Positions 19,711-29,620 are shown, counted from the stretch's first letter. The stretch is DNA of 64,000 bases from an uncultured Gammaproteobacteria bacterium (GCA_964612595.1 CAZTFB010000001.1:259058-323057); one strand, 5' to 3'. Notes: generated by a model from the letters alone, not told the origin. Program-made: numbers and translations.

Positions 19711-20961
19711 ATTCTCAAACACATTCATAAGATCGAATGCTTGAATATACACAAGTTTTTGAAACATAAAGTAGGTTCGTGCTTCATACACTGCTGAGAT
19801 TATCACAAACATGATGACGGCGAGTCCAACAAGTTGAGTTTTCTTTCTATCTTTTCTTACCTGATCGTACATCCACATAAACCCTTGACCAGTAAAATAC
19901 GCAAGGGCAGGAAGGACAGTATATGTGCGCAGCATGTTTGGATTCTCATGAGGGTACGTCAGAAGTGTTGGTAAAAGTCCAATGAGAAGATATGAGATAA
20001 AAAATAACTGAAAAAATGTACGATTTGTTTTAACGTAATGAAGTAATCCAAACCCGAAAAACGAATATAAAATGGGATTTAATGCACTTTTATAGGGATA
20101 ATTGTGTCTTCCATTCACATCACCTTCTCCAAACAACATTTGTATGTTTTTCCACAGGTTTTGTACAAAAAAACTAATTTTTTCAACGATACTTAAATCG
20201 GGGTTGCTTAGGTATAGCTGTTGCTGAATACGTATGTCTTGGTGCTGGGTAAAATAAAGAGTAAGCGGTGCAATGAGCATACCAAAAATACTACCAAACA
20301 CTGCAATATGTAATTTCTTATTCTTTGACACTAAGAATATGAGTCCAAACATGAGTATGGCAAACAATCTTCCTGGTGTATATGAATTGTATGCCAATCC
20401 TGTGGCTAACGCTGCGAGAATAAGATAAAAAATATTTTGTGACCTACGGAATAGTAGTGCCGTGTATATGGCAGCAAGCTCAAACATGAGGAGAAATGAG
20501 GCTTCAAATGAATATCTTGCAAAGCTGAAATACCACCTCATACTTAATAAGACTATTGCGACAATGAATGCAAATTCAACCTTTACAGGCTTTGAAAAGG
20601 GGATAGGAACAAGGACGAATTTTTTATCAAACGCCTCACGAGCAATAAAATAAAACAAAACGGCCGCTATAACACCAGATGCCGCTGATGCAAAGCGAAG
20701 CGCAAACTGATTGAGCCCGAATAGGTCAAAAAAGAACAGGATGACGTAAAAATACAAGGTTGTATGGCCTGTAGCCTCGGGTGTGTAAGGTTGGTAAGGT
20801 GCGCCTTCAAGATTGAGCGCAAGGTGGATAAAATCTACCTCATCATTGGCAAGGCCTTTGGGAATTTCATTGAATTGAAAGAATATGAGAAATGAGGCTA
20901 AGAGCGTAATTATTATTGCGTAAAATAACGTGCGTTTCATGGGTTCATTGTTATTATACAT
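19699..20961 (-). CDS. Second GT-C fold (ArnT/PMT_2-like) membrane glycosyltransferase. The start is probably ATG 20961 or 20940.
   Basis: It is polytopic. The motif EIPKGLANDEVDFIHLAL follows the first TM segment. The N-terminal 53 aa of the track ORF look non-coding. Confidence 0.6.
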   Translation of the reverse strand: MYNNNEPMKRTLFYAIIITLLASFLIFFQFNEIPKGLANDEVDFIHLALNLEGAPYQPYTPEATGHTTLYFYVILFFFDLFGLNQFALRFASAASGVIAAVLFYFIAREAFDKKFVLVPIPFSKPVKVEFAFIVAIVLLSMRWYFSFARYSFEASFLLMFELAAIYTALLFRRSQNIFYLILAALATGLAYNSYTPGRLFAILMFGLIFLVSKNKKLHIAVFGSIFGMLIAPLTLYFTQHQDIRIQQQLYLSNPDLSIVEKISFFVQNLWKNIQMLFGEGDVNGRHNYPYKSALNPILYSFFGFGLLHYVKTNRTFFQLFFISYLLIGLLPTLLTYPHENPNMLRTYTVLPALAYFTGQGFMWMYDQVRKDRKKTQLVGLAVIMFVIISAVYEARTYFMFQKLVYIQAFDLMNVFENLSK

Positions 20962-21135
20962 GGAGATTGTTAGTTCAGGAACCACTTTTTCAAACCTATA
21001 GTATTTTTTCTTTTTTCCGTTAGTGATTTTTGATATAATATGAACCTCTACGAAATCTTTTGGTACATTTGCTGTGCTACTAGATTTAATAGTTATTTGT
21101 ACATTGATAATTGGTTTCAAGGATTATTTATAGAA

Positions 21136-21207
21136 TACCCGAGATCAAACAAATCTACAGTTGGAGAAATAAACTTTTCTTGCTGCAGGCTTTTTTGATC
21201 TCGGGTA
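21136..21207. repeat. Perfect 14-bp inverted repeat with a 44-nt spacer at the left edge of the GC-rich island
   Basis: TACCCGAGATCAAA (21136-21149) and TTTGATCTCGGGTA (21194-21207). An inner mini-hairpin AGAAAtaaactTTTCT is present. Confidence 0.6.
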
Positions 21208-21267
21208 CACTCTCGTTCCCGAGGCGATACTTCGCTCGTGCTGACGAACTCCAAGGAGAATTCACAC

Positions 21268-22179
21268 ATGCACACACATCGTTTTGTCCCGGTCATCGTG
21301 GCTACATCCCTGCTCAGCGCACTCGTTGCCGGCACACTTTTTGTTGCTCGGAACGCTGCTGCTGAACCCATCTCACCCACCTTCAACGTCGAACAGGCCA
21401 TCAACGAGTCCTTGCCGCAAGCCGTTTCGTACGAGGCTCCGCTGATCATGTCCGCCCACGTTGGACGACTCATCACGGGCACGATCTACTGCTCACAGTG
21501 GGACGTCGACCAGGGCTACTACCTGGAGACCTCCCATGGTACCAGGAAGATCGGCGTCCCCGACGGCCCATTTCAGTTTTGGGCCAAGCAGTACATCAAC
21601 GACACGCTCTGGATGTGGGGTACGACGGCAGATCTGTGCGGAAAGGAGGAGTTGTGGAAGTACTGGTGGGTAAAAGTGCAGTCTACGGACAAGCCTTACC
21701 CCGCCGGAAACCCGCAACTCGTCACAGGCAGGCTGAACTATCAGCCCTACAGAATGCCGGAATTCAGACTCGACCCCGTCACTGGACCTCCCGTAAGGCC
21801 GTACGTGAATCTCATCGTCGAACACGACCCACGCATGACGGAGCGGTTCAAGCTGCTCAACGGCCAGGTCGTCCAGCTCATGACGATCGAGACGGAAGGC
21901 CACTACTCACGCACACAGTACAAGGATTCAATGAAGTACCTCTGGGTGACGCGTGAACAAGGTCGCGCCTGCGACTCGCTCAATGGGCGCGTTCCAAAGG
22001 CTCACATTGCTGCAGCACTTGACGATCCGACGAAGGTCAACGGCTGGCTCGAGCTCTTGAACCCGGCGATGTCAGCAGGGCCCGACAACCCCAGCAAGAC
22101 CTCGCTGTCAATGACCAACATCGGCGCGCCGTACGACCAGCGCTATAACGGCCTGGTTTACAAGGCGGGCTGCCCCTGA
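21268..22179 (+). CDS. GC-rich foreign-looking gene encoding a secreted 303-aa protein of unknown function
   Basis: AAGGAG (21253-21258) lies 9 nt upstream of ATG 21268. The signal peptide is VPVIVATSLLSALVAGTLFVARNAAAEP. It has G/C-ending codons, is Trp-rich and has 4 Cys. The overlapping ORFs on other frames are GC artefacts. Confidence 0.7.
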   Translation: MHTHRFVPVIVATSLLSALVAGTLFVARNAAAEPISPTFNVEQAINESLPQAVSYEAPLIMSAHVGRLITGTIYCSQWDVDQGYYLETSHGTRKIGVPDGPFQFWAKQYINDTLWMWGTTADLCGKEELWKYWWVKVQSTDKPYPAGNPQLVTGRLNYQPYRMPEFRLDPVTGPPVRPYVNLIVEHDPRMTERFKLLNGQVVQLMTIETEGHYSRTQYKDSMKYLWVTREQGRACDSLNGRVPKAHIAAALDDPTKVNGWLELLNPAMSAGPDNPSKTSLSMTNIGAPYDQRYNGLVYKAGCP

Positions 22180-22191
22180 AACCAACGCCGC

Positions 22192-22228
22192 GCCCCGACA
22201 TCACGTCGGGGCCGGCACGGTTTTTCTT
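22192..22228 (+). terminator. Hairpin terminator after the GC-rich gene
   Basis: GCCCCGAC (22192-22199) pairs with GTCGGGGC (22205-22212). A T5 run lies at 22221-22225, 8 nt after the stem. Confidence 0.45.
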
Positions 22229-22230
22229 GC

Positions 22231-22236
22231 TATAAT
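22231..22236 (+). promoter_or_regulatory. -10 box placed for a leaderless transcript of the second glycan operon
   Basis: TATAAT at 22231-22236 is followed by exactly 6 nt and then ATG at 22243. Confidence 0.45.
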
Positions 22237-22242
22237 TAGAGC

Positions 22243-23145
22243 ATGAAAGACCTTTCTGTTGTCATCGTATCCTACAATACCATCAAGCTCACAAAAAAAA
22301 CCATTGAGGATCTCCTTACAGCACTCAAGAAAGAAAGGCTCCAGTGGGAAATAATTGTTGTCGACAATGCATCGATTGACGGGTCTGTTCAAATGCTCGA
22401 TATGCTTGCGAAAGGTCACCCTGAAATCACTATTCTTAAAAACACGACAAATCTGGGATTCGGTGCTGCAAATAACATGGGTATTAGAAAGGCAAAAGGC
22501 GATTTTATACTTCTGTTAAACTCCGACGTTGAAATAAACGAAGCAAATTTTACGTCCCTTATTACATATATGAGAAAACACGAAGACGTCGGTGGTCTCA
22601 CCGTAAAGGTTATGCTTTCACTTCATACTATCGACCCCGCATCACATCGAGGATTTCCCACAATCTGGCATTCATTTTGTTACTTCTCTGGCTTAGAAAA
22701 ATTCACCAAAAATATTTCTCCCTTAAATCGATTATTTGGTGGTTACCATATGACATGGGAGAATCTATCAAAAACACATGAAATCGATTCTCCAACTGCA
22801 GCATTTTTCCTCATTCCTAGAATGTTGTTGAAAGACATAAAAGGCTTTGACGAGAGCTTTTTTATGTATGGAGAAGATATTGATCTCGCATTCCGCATCA
22901 AAGAAAAGGGACTAAAAATTATGTATTATCCAAAATTTAGTGTTGTACATCTTAAGCATCAGAGCGGATTAAAGACGTATGACCATGCGACAAAAAAGGC
23001 AACGACACAACATTTTTATGAGGCAATGAAAATATTTTATCGGAAACATTACGCTTCAAAAAAACCAAAAATAGTTTCCTTTATGGTGTACAAAGCTATT
23101 GATCTGATGAAACACATTAAATCATCTGCACTGTATGCTAAATAA
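22243..23145 (+). CDS. GT2 family glycosyltransferase
   Basis: 300 aa with LSVVIVSYNT, VVDNASIDGS and LLNSDVE. Confidence 0.8.
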   Translation: MKDLSVVIVSYNTIKLTKKTIEDLLTALKKERLQWEIIVVDNASIDGSVQMLDMLAKGHPEITILKNTTNLGFGAANNMGIRKAKGDFILLLNSDVEINEANFTSLITYMRKHEDVGGLTVKVMLSLHTIDPASHRGFPTIWHSFCYFSGLEKFTKNISPLNRLFGGYHMTWENLSKTHEIDSPTAAFFLIPRMLLKDIKGFDESFFMYGEDIDLAFRIKEKGLKIMYYPKFSVVHLKHQSGLKTYDHATKKATTQHFYEAMKIFYRKHYASKKPKIVSFMVYKAIDLMKHIKSSALYAK

Positions 23146-24229
23146 AAGAATTGGGATTGATGCACGTTTACTTGCACAAACAGGTGTAGGTGTCTACATA
23201 AAAAATCTTCTACTTGAGCTGCAACATATCGCCGATCATGCAGTCAAATTTTATGTCTATGTAAGAGATGAGGATAAGAATCTATTACCAAAACTCCCAG
23301 ATAACTTTGTGCTCAAATCTACAACCGCCCCTTGGCATAGTCTTTCTGAACAAACAGTTTTTCTTCAACAGCTACTTTCTGACAATCTCGATCTTATGCA
23401 TTTTACCTATTTCAGCATGCCTATCTTATATACAAAACCATTTGTTATAACTATTCATGATGTAATCCCCTTCACACACGCAACTGGAAAAGCATCTACA
23501 AAGGGCCCAATTACATATAGCATAAAGCATTTTGCTTATAAAAAAGTCCTTGCAAGCGCTGTACGTCACGCACAAAAAATATTTGTCCCTACAAATGCAG
23601 TACGCGATGACTTAGTAAAACTGTTCCCTCATATTAATAAAGATGCTATTGCTACAACTTATGAGGGTGTTGATAAGCATTTAATAAATGCTAAGGAGCG
23701 CCCGCCAACAAAGACTTTTCACATGCCTTATTTTTTATACATGGGAAACTATTATCCGCATAAGAATATAGAATTTCTTATTTCTGCATTTAGTAAGGTT
23801 GAGGGAGATGCGCATCTAGTTCTCTGTGGGCCAGATGATTTTTTTGCTAAGAATATAGATGCTTTTATACGCTCACAATCACTTGGAAACAAAGTGATAC
23901 GAATAAATGCAACAACAATTGAAGAACGAGCCTATCTCTACAGACATGCTCTTGCACTTGTGCATCCATCAAAAAATGAGGGATTTGGGTTGCCGCTTTT
24001 GGAGGCTGCCTATTTTGACTGCCCAGCAATTGTCTCCAACATACCAGTTTTTCGCGAGGTGAGACCTCGGGCTTCGTTTTTTAATCTCAATGACGAGAAT
24101 GAACTAGTTACATTAATGAAAAATGCGATTGTGCGGGGTACAACAAAGTCTAACGACAAAGTAGCTCAAAAGTTTTCATTTAAAAAAATGGCTGAGGAAA
24201 CGTATCATTATTACAGACAGTATTTATGA
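23135..24229 (+). CDS. GT4 family glycosyltransferase
   Basis: 364 aa with a C-terminal HPSKNEGFGLPLLEAAYFDCPAIVS. Confidence 0.8.
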   Translation: MLNKRIGIDARLLAQTGVGVYIKNLLLELQHIADHAVKFYVYVRDEDKNLLPKLPDNFVLKSTTAPWHSLSEQTVFLQQLLSDNLDLMHFTYFSMPILYTKPFVITIHDVIPFTHATGKASTKGPITYSIKHFAYKKVLASAVRHAQKIFVPTNAVRDDLVKLFPHINKDAIATTYEGVDKHLINAKERPPTKTFHMPYFLYMGNYYPHKNIEFLISAFSKVEGDAHLVLCGPDDFFAKNIDAFIRSQSLGNKVIRINATTIEERAYLYRHALALVHPSKNEGFGLPLLEAAYFDCPAIVSNIPVFREVRPRASFFNLNDENELVTLMKNAIVRGTTKSNDKVAQKFSFKKMAEETYHYYRQYL

Positions 24230-25326
24230 CCAATAATAAACTAGCAATTGTGTATGACTGGATAGACTCATGGGGAGGAGCTGAACGACTTTTATCTATT
24301 TTCGCCTCAACCTTCCCTGAGGCAGATTGGTTTACGTTAGTACATGATAGGAAAACGGCCTCATGGGCAAAAGGGCTTGATGTGCACACATCTTTTATGC
24401 AGGGATTCCCTTCTTTTTTACGTCACAATCGTTCATTAACGTTACCTTTTATGCCATATGCAGTTGAATCCTTTAATCTAAGTGGTTACTCACACGTGTT
24501 GTCTGTAACATCAGCATTTTCGAAGGCAATCATTACACGTCCAGAAACTAAACATGTGTCATATATTTTGTCCCCTCCACGATTCCTATGGTCACATCAA
24601 AAGGAGTATGGTACAGCATCCCTTATTGTCAAACCATACATAAACTACCTAAAAAACTGGGATTATATTGCTGCGCGGCGACCAGACAAGCTGATTGCGA
24701 TTTCTTCAGAGATCGCTGCACGTATTAAAAAATACTATAATCTTGAATCCGAAGTCATTATGCCTCCCTTTGACACTATGTACTGGTCTGATCTAAAACC
24801 AAATAAAGATATTGAGCATGATCAAGACAAACCATACCTCTTAGTATCACGACTCGTCCATTACAAACGCGTCGACCTCGTGGTCGACGCATTCAAACAT
24901 ATGCCATCACGCAAGCTGATTATTGTTGGTGACGGAAAGTTGTATAGTTCACTTCGTAGCTCCGCCACACCAAATATCATCTTCATGCAAAATCTTGGTG
25001 ATAAAGAGCTCGCCGAGCTCTATTTTTCATCCAAGGCATTACTGATGCCCCAACGAGAGGACTTTGGCTACGTAGCTTTGGAGGCACAAGCTTGTGGTTG
25101 CCCTGTTATTGCCTTTAAGCGAGGCGGCGCATCTACAACAGTGCTTGACAATGAGACGGGGGTATTATTTGAAAGCCAGACTGTCGATTCCTTGCGAAAA
25201 GCACTTGATAAGTTTGAAGAAATTGAGTACGCTATAAGACGTTCGCTCGATGAAAAAGCAAATCAGCATCTTGCTCAGTTTTCATCAACGACTTTTATTA
25301 AAAAATTTACTACACTACTTACATGA
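24226..25326 (+). CDS. GT4 family glycosyltransferase
   Basis: 366 aa with REDFGYVALEAQACGCPVIAFKRGG. The start is ATGA-coupled to the upstream gene. Confidence 0.75.
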   Translation: MTNNKLAIVYDWIDSWGGAERLLSIFASTFPEADWFTLVHDRKTASWAKGLDVHTSFMQGFPSFLRHNRSLTLPFMPYAVESFNLSGYSHVLSVTSAFSKAIITRPETKHVSYILSPPRFLWSHQKEYGTASLIVKPYINYLKNWDYIAARRPDKLIAISSEIAARIKKYYNLESEVIMPPFDTMYWSDLKPNKDIEHDQDKPYLLVSRLVHYKRVDLVVDAFKHMPSRKLIIVGDGKLYSSLRSSATPNIIFMQNLGDKELAELYFSSKALLMPQREDFGYVALEAQACGCPVIAFKRGGASTTVLDNETGVLFESQTVDSLRKALDKFEEIEYAIRRSLDEKANQHLAQFSSTTFIKKFTTLLT

Positions 25327-26405
25327 AAGCAGTAATATTTGCAGGAGGAGTTGGTACACGGCTTTGGCCGCTCTCAAGAAAAAAATCACCTAAGCAATTT
25401 GAAAAGGTTATTGACGATAAATCTACGCTTCAACTCACCATCGATTTACTTCAACCAGAAATCAAGCTCAACGATATATACATAGCTACCGGCATGGAGT
25501 ATGTCGATCTTGTTCACGAGCAGCTTGAGTCAATTCCACACGAAAATATAATTGGTGAACCACATAGAAAAGACGTAGGGCCAGCTGTCGCACTAGTTAT
25601 GGGAATACTCGCTAAAAAATTCCCCCATGAGCCCGTTGTTGTGCTCTGGAGCGATCATTGGATTCGAAAGCAGGAAAAATTTAAGAAAATACTTATGGGA
25701 ACAGATCTCTATCTGTCTAGAAATCCAAACAGAATGATTTTTTTCGGACATAAGCCACGATTTGCTTCAGAAAACCTCGGTTGGATTCATACAAAGAATG
25801 TCGAGGAATCAGTTGATGGTGTCGATTTTCGTGGTTTCGTTGGATTTAAGTATCGTCCTGATAGAGAAACTGCAGGAAAGTATTTTGCAAACGAAGCGTA
25901 TTGTTGGAATTTAGGAAGCTTTGCCTCTACTCCCGCATTCATCTATTCCCTATTTAAAGAATTTGAACCCAATGTCTATGACACTGTCGAGAAAATACTC
26001 AAAGTATACGAAAACGAAGACGTGGGAGAGTTTGCTGATCTCTATGCACAAATTCCGAGCATACATATGGATAATGCGATATCTGAACGAATTCGACCAG
26101 AGCTCGCTCGTGTTGTTGTTGATGACATTGGATGGAGTGATGTCGGTGCCTGGGAGGCTCTCAAGGAAGCACTACAAAACTCGGATAGCGATAATGTGAC
26201 TCTTGGAAATGTGATGCTCCAAGAATGTGAAGACTCATTAGTCTATAACTATCAAGGTGAAAAGCTTGTCGTTGCTATAGATATAGAAGACGGACTCATT
26301 ATAAATACACCAGACGTCCTTCTCATCACAAAGAAATCATCTGTGCCAAAAGTGAAAAAGCTTGTAGAGTCTTTTGAGGGTACTGAGCATGAAGATCTTA
26401 CCTAA
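25323..26405 (+). CDS. Sugar-1-phosphate nucleotidyltransferase (mannose-1-phosphate guanylyltransferase-like)
   Basis: 360 aa with AVIFAGGVGTRLWPLSRKKSPKQF at the N-terminus. Confidence 0.8.
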   Translation: MKAVIFAGGVGTRLWPLSRKKSPKQFEKVIDDKSTLQLTIDLLQPEIKLNDIYIATGMEYVDLVHEQLESIPHENIIGEPHRKDVGPAVALVMGILAKKFPHEPVVVLWSDHWIRKQEKFKKILMGTDLYLSRNPNRMIFFGHKPRFASENLGWIHTKNVEESVDGVDFRGFVGFKYRPDRETAGKYFANEAYCWNLGSFASTPAFIYSLFKEFEPNVYDTVEKILKVYENEDVGEFADLYAQIPSIHMDNAISERIRPELARVVVDDIGWSDVGAWEALKEALQNSDSDNVTLGNVMLQECEDSLVYNYQGEKLVVAIDIEDGLIINTPDVLLITKKSSVPKVKKLVESFEGTEHEDLT

Positions 26406-26928
26406 GCTTTAGGTTGGTCAATTGTCTAATAAATTCGTAGACATCAAAGTTCTGATGACTCCGCGTCGCATTATCGACGTATCCAAGGATCATCAAGCAA
26501 TTCCCTAAATACACCTCCTCCATTGGGTTGTCTAATTCTTTGATATTATTGAGTTTCTTAAAGTATGCGAGCGTCGCATCAAAAATTTGCTCTTCAGGCT
26601 CGTTCTCTGGTAATATTTTTTGCAAAAATTGCAATGCAACATACATTTTTTGTAATCGATGACTATCCTCTTTTATTTTAGAGTAACCATATACAAGTTC
26701 AGTCTCCGACAGGTATATTCTGCCGTCCTCATTGCGATAAGAAATCGAAAGATAATTTCCTGTTTCAAGATGTGACAAGCGTCTACTTTTAATATTTCGA
26801 ACGCCATACGCAAAGATATACATTTTTCCACTAGATTCGGAAAAAAAGGTGAGTGATACATTTTGATTAGGAAGTCGATGTTTTTTTAAGACGATGCCGC
26901 GATCAACCGCATGCTTAAGAGTTTTCAT
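26398..26928 (-). CDS. recO: Short RecO-like recombination mediator
   Basis: 176 aa. The N-terminal OB-fold pattern is GIVLKKHRLPNQNVSLTFFSESSGKMYIFAYGVRNIKSRR. It has no zinc-finger cysteines. Confidence 0.55.
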   Translation of the reverse strand: MKTLKHAVDRGIVLKKHRLPNQNVSLTFFSESSGKMYIFAYGVRNIKSRRLSHLETGNYLSISYRNEDGRIYLSETELVYGYSKIKEDSHRLQKMYVALQFLQKILPENEPEEQIFDATLAYFKKLNNIKELDNPMEEVYLGNCLMILGYVDNATRSHQNFDVYEFIRQLTNLKLR

Positions 26929-26937
26929 GAAGCAAAA

Positions 26938-28890
26938 TTACTTTCCACCAGAGTAGGAAATGTCTCGTACGAGCTTTGTGTCGAGTACTTTTTTACCGTT
27001 TATTGTCGCCGTAAATGCATGGCCGGCTGTCCCTGGTTGTTTTTGAACGAGAAGATCATATTCAGCCTTATTCTTAACTTTAAACGGCAGCTCGTAAGAT
27101 ATCTTTACCGTAGCCTTACCCATTGGTTGAACACCTAAGAATCCTTCGAATACTGTTTTACCAAGCTCGTCATACGTTAATGTTTTCTTCTCTGATCCAG
27201 TGAAAGATATGAGCTTACTTCCCTCTGGCACATATACGCGAAGCCAGTTACGAAGTGTCGCATTAATACATAGGCCTCCAACACCAAGCTTCTCACTTTC
27301 TTCGAGGCTACAGTTAGAATGTTTATAGGGATTTTTGTAATCAATGGTTAACGATCGTGTAACTGTGCCATCATTATCAATTTTTGTGTCAGATTGTATA
27401 GAGTGTTGAACAAAGAGATTAGATTTTGCGCCGGCAAAATTTGTGTCATTTATATGAAGATAATCCTGATTCTCAACATTTCGAATTCTACCTGCAAAGT
27501 TTAGTGCAACCAATGATTCTTGAATTTCCTTATCTTTCATATCCATAAGAATATGTTTCTCGTTCAAGTTTTTCATCAGAACCTCTTGTGCAAGTTGACC
27601 CCAATATTTACTTGGTGAAAAGCCGAGGGCTTTTTGCATAATTGCAAAGAGCAGATCACCCAAAATGCCTTTTCTGTCGGCCTTAAGATACGCCACTGGT
27701 CTATCGATTTCATCAAGGAGTTTATAAATTGCTTGTGGGCAGTCGCATCTCTTATCAATAGTGGCTGAAAAGTTTGTACCTCTTGCCTGAGTATCACCGA
27801 GAATCTTTAATGCGTCAACAAGAACATATGTATCCATCGCAATAATCCCATCATATGCAACTTTTTGACCGCTTAGTTGGTAGAGACTATCAAACAACTT
27901 ATTAGACTCAGCAAAGTCCGGTGATATATTACTATCACGAATATTAAACTGACTTACACCTTTATGATAGGTAAGAATTTTCTCTGGTGCTTTAGGATGT
28001 TTAGCAATAGAGGCATCGAGCGTATAGATATCATCTGATCGCGTCACTTCAAACTTTCCTTTATTAACTTTAAAAATAGCATACGCTGTCAAGAATCCTC
28101 CAGTTGGACGAAGTTCTTTATCGTTCATAAAGAGAATGAGGTACGTTTTTTCCTCTTTAGCTCCAAGAAAGTCGGGCAGATTCTTCAGGAATGGTTTTGC
28201 ATCTACAAAAAGCGAAGCAACACCATCAAATTGGGTAATACCTTTTTTAATTGTCTCACGTAGCTTTATCCCCTTTATCTCTGTTGGATAGCGATTTGGA
28301 TCTATCTTATCGACTCTAATACGTGCTTGATCGATGTCTTCTGCTATTGCATCAACATCTTTCACAATGGTATCAAGTGTTAAAACTGCTGTCTGCAATC
28401 TTAGTTCTGCTGGTTTATCTACAAACGATGTGTCTGTTCCTTTCTTAAAGCCAATAAGGTCTGCGTGTGGCTCAATTGCAGAAATTGTTTTCTTTGCTGC
28501 GTTTATTAAGTAACCCCCTGCATCAACAGCATTGTTTAGATCTCTTCCATAGCCTCCGAGGAACGGAATTGGCTTAATCCAGTAGAGTTTTTGCGCTTCT
28601 TTCTTAAAATCATTAAATTTAGCTTCTGTTACATTAAGTTCCTTCTGCATCTTCTCAAGGTCGTTCTCTTTAAAAGCGGCATTTACTAACTTCCCAGCCT
28701 CTGCTACATCTTTTGCCTTAGCCTGCATATTTTGTGCTGGTACAAATATACCGAAATAGCCTACAAGTCCTAAAACGATTACAACCACAAGCAGTGTGAA
28801 GGCAATAATGCCCACTTTTTTTCTATCCAATGAAAATTTAACACCTGATTTTCTCCTGAATGGTCTTCTTTTTTCGAGTAGTCCTAACAT
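26938..28890 (-). CDS. DUF4012-like membrane-anchored extracytoplasmic protein
   Basis: 650 aa with an N-terminal TM segment. The motif YLILFMNDKELRPTGGFLTAYAIFKVNKGKF matches the DUF4012 core as I remember it. Confidence 0.6.
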   Translation of the reverse strand: MLGLLEKRRPFRRKSGVKFSLDRKKVGIIAFTLLVVVIVLGLVGYFGIFVPAQNMQAKAKDVAEAGKLVNAAFKENDLEKMQKELNVTEAKFNDFKKEAQKLYWIKPIPFLGGYGRDLNNAVDAGGYLINAAKKTISAIEPHADLIGFKKGTDTSFVDKPAELRLQTAVLTLDTIVKDVDAIAEDIDQARIRVDKIDPNRYPTEIKGIKLRETIKKGITQFDGVASLFVDAKPFLKNLPDFLGAKEEKTYLILFMNDKELRPTGGFLTAYAIFKVNKGKFEVTRSDDIYTLDASIAKHPKAPEKILTYHKGVSQFNIRDSNISPDFAESNKLFDSLYQLSGQKVAYDGIIAMDTYVLVDALKILGDTQARGTNFSATIDKRCDCPQAIYKLLDEIDRPVAYLKADRKGILGDLLFAIMQKALGFSPSKYWGQLAQEVLMKNLNEKHILMDMKDKEIQESLVALNFAGRIRNVENQDYLHINDTNFAGAKSNLFVQHSIQSDTKIDNDGTVTRSLTIDYKNPYKHSNCSLEESEKLGVGGLCINATLRNWLRVYVPEGSKLISFTGSEKKTLTYDELGKTVFEGFLGVQPMGKATVKISYELPFKVKNKAEYDLLVQKQPGTAGHAFTATINGKKVLDTKLVRDISYSGGK

Positions 28891-28898
28891 GATGCTAT

Positions 28899-29576
28899 TT
28901 AGATTGCCCCCTTACCTGAGATCATTGCCCAAGGGGTCTTTAATATAATTTTAAGATCTTGCCACAAAGACATATTATCCACATATTGGGCGTCTATTGC
29001 AACCCTTTTGTCAAAATTAACATCGGATCTGCCTGAAACTTGCCATAGGCCAGTTATACCTGGTCGAACCGACAACACCTTTCTCACCAGTTTTTTAGTT
29101 TCAGGGTACTTCTTTTGCTGCTCGTCTAACTCATCAGGATAGTATGCCCTGGGTCCAACAATACTCATCTCACCTTTAAGCACATTCAAAAATTGAGGAA
29201 TTTCGTCGATAGAGTGTTTACGAATGTATCTTCCAACTGGTGTAATGCGCGGATCACCCTTTAACTTATAGCTACCATTTTTATACTGCTCATAAAGCTG
29301 TTTAAATTTCTCATCTTCTCTGAGTAGTTGATGTGCATTGAGTATCATTGATCTAAATTTATACATTTTAAATGGTTTTTGATCCTTTCCGATACGATTT
29401 GGAACATCAGCGAGTATTGGTCCTTCACTAGTCAGCTTGATGAGTATAGCCGCGATAATAGATATGGGGAAAAACAGTATGCTTATGACAAGTACGAGTA
29501 CGATATCAATGAGGCGTTTAATGTATAAATTATAGAATGTTCCTTTTAACATAATGCGATGCACATTATACATCAT
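28899..29576 (-). CDS. Polyprenyl-phosphate sugar-phosphate transferase (bacterial sugar transferase, WbaP/EpsL C-terminal type)
   Basis: 225 aa with KRLIDIVL, PFKMYKFRSM, DEIPQFLNVLKGEMSIVGPRA and GITGLWQV. Confidence 0.85.
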   Translation of the reverse strand: MMYNVHRIMLKGTFYNLYIKRLIDIVLVLVISILFFPISIIAAILIKLTSEGPILADVPNRIGKDQKPFKMYKFRSMILNAHQLLREDEKFKQLYEQYKNGSYKLKGDPRITPVGRYIRKHSIDEIPQFLNVLKGEMSIVGPRAYYPDELDEQQKKYPETKKLVRKVLSVRPGITGLWQVSGRSDVNFDKRVAIDAQYVDNMSLWQDLKIILKTPWAMISGKGAI

Positions 29577-29620
29577 AGCACATGCCTTATAAGCCCGTGG
29601 CTTAAAAAGGTCGTATCCTA

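Noticed and set aside
21117-21956. Additional long ORFs in the track overlapping the GC-rich gene: 21117-21482 minus, 21461-21673 plus, 21493-21903 minus and 21498-21956 plus.
   Set aside because: They are stop-poor frames typical of high-GC DNA. Only the 21268-22179 frame has an SD, a signal peptide, codon periodicity with G/C at third positions, and a correctly oriented downstream hairpin.
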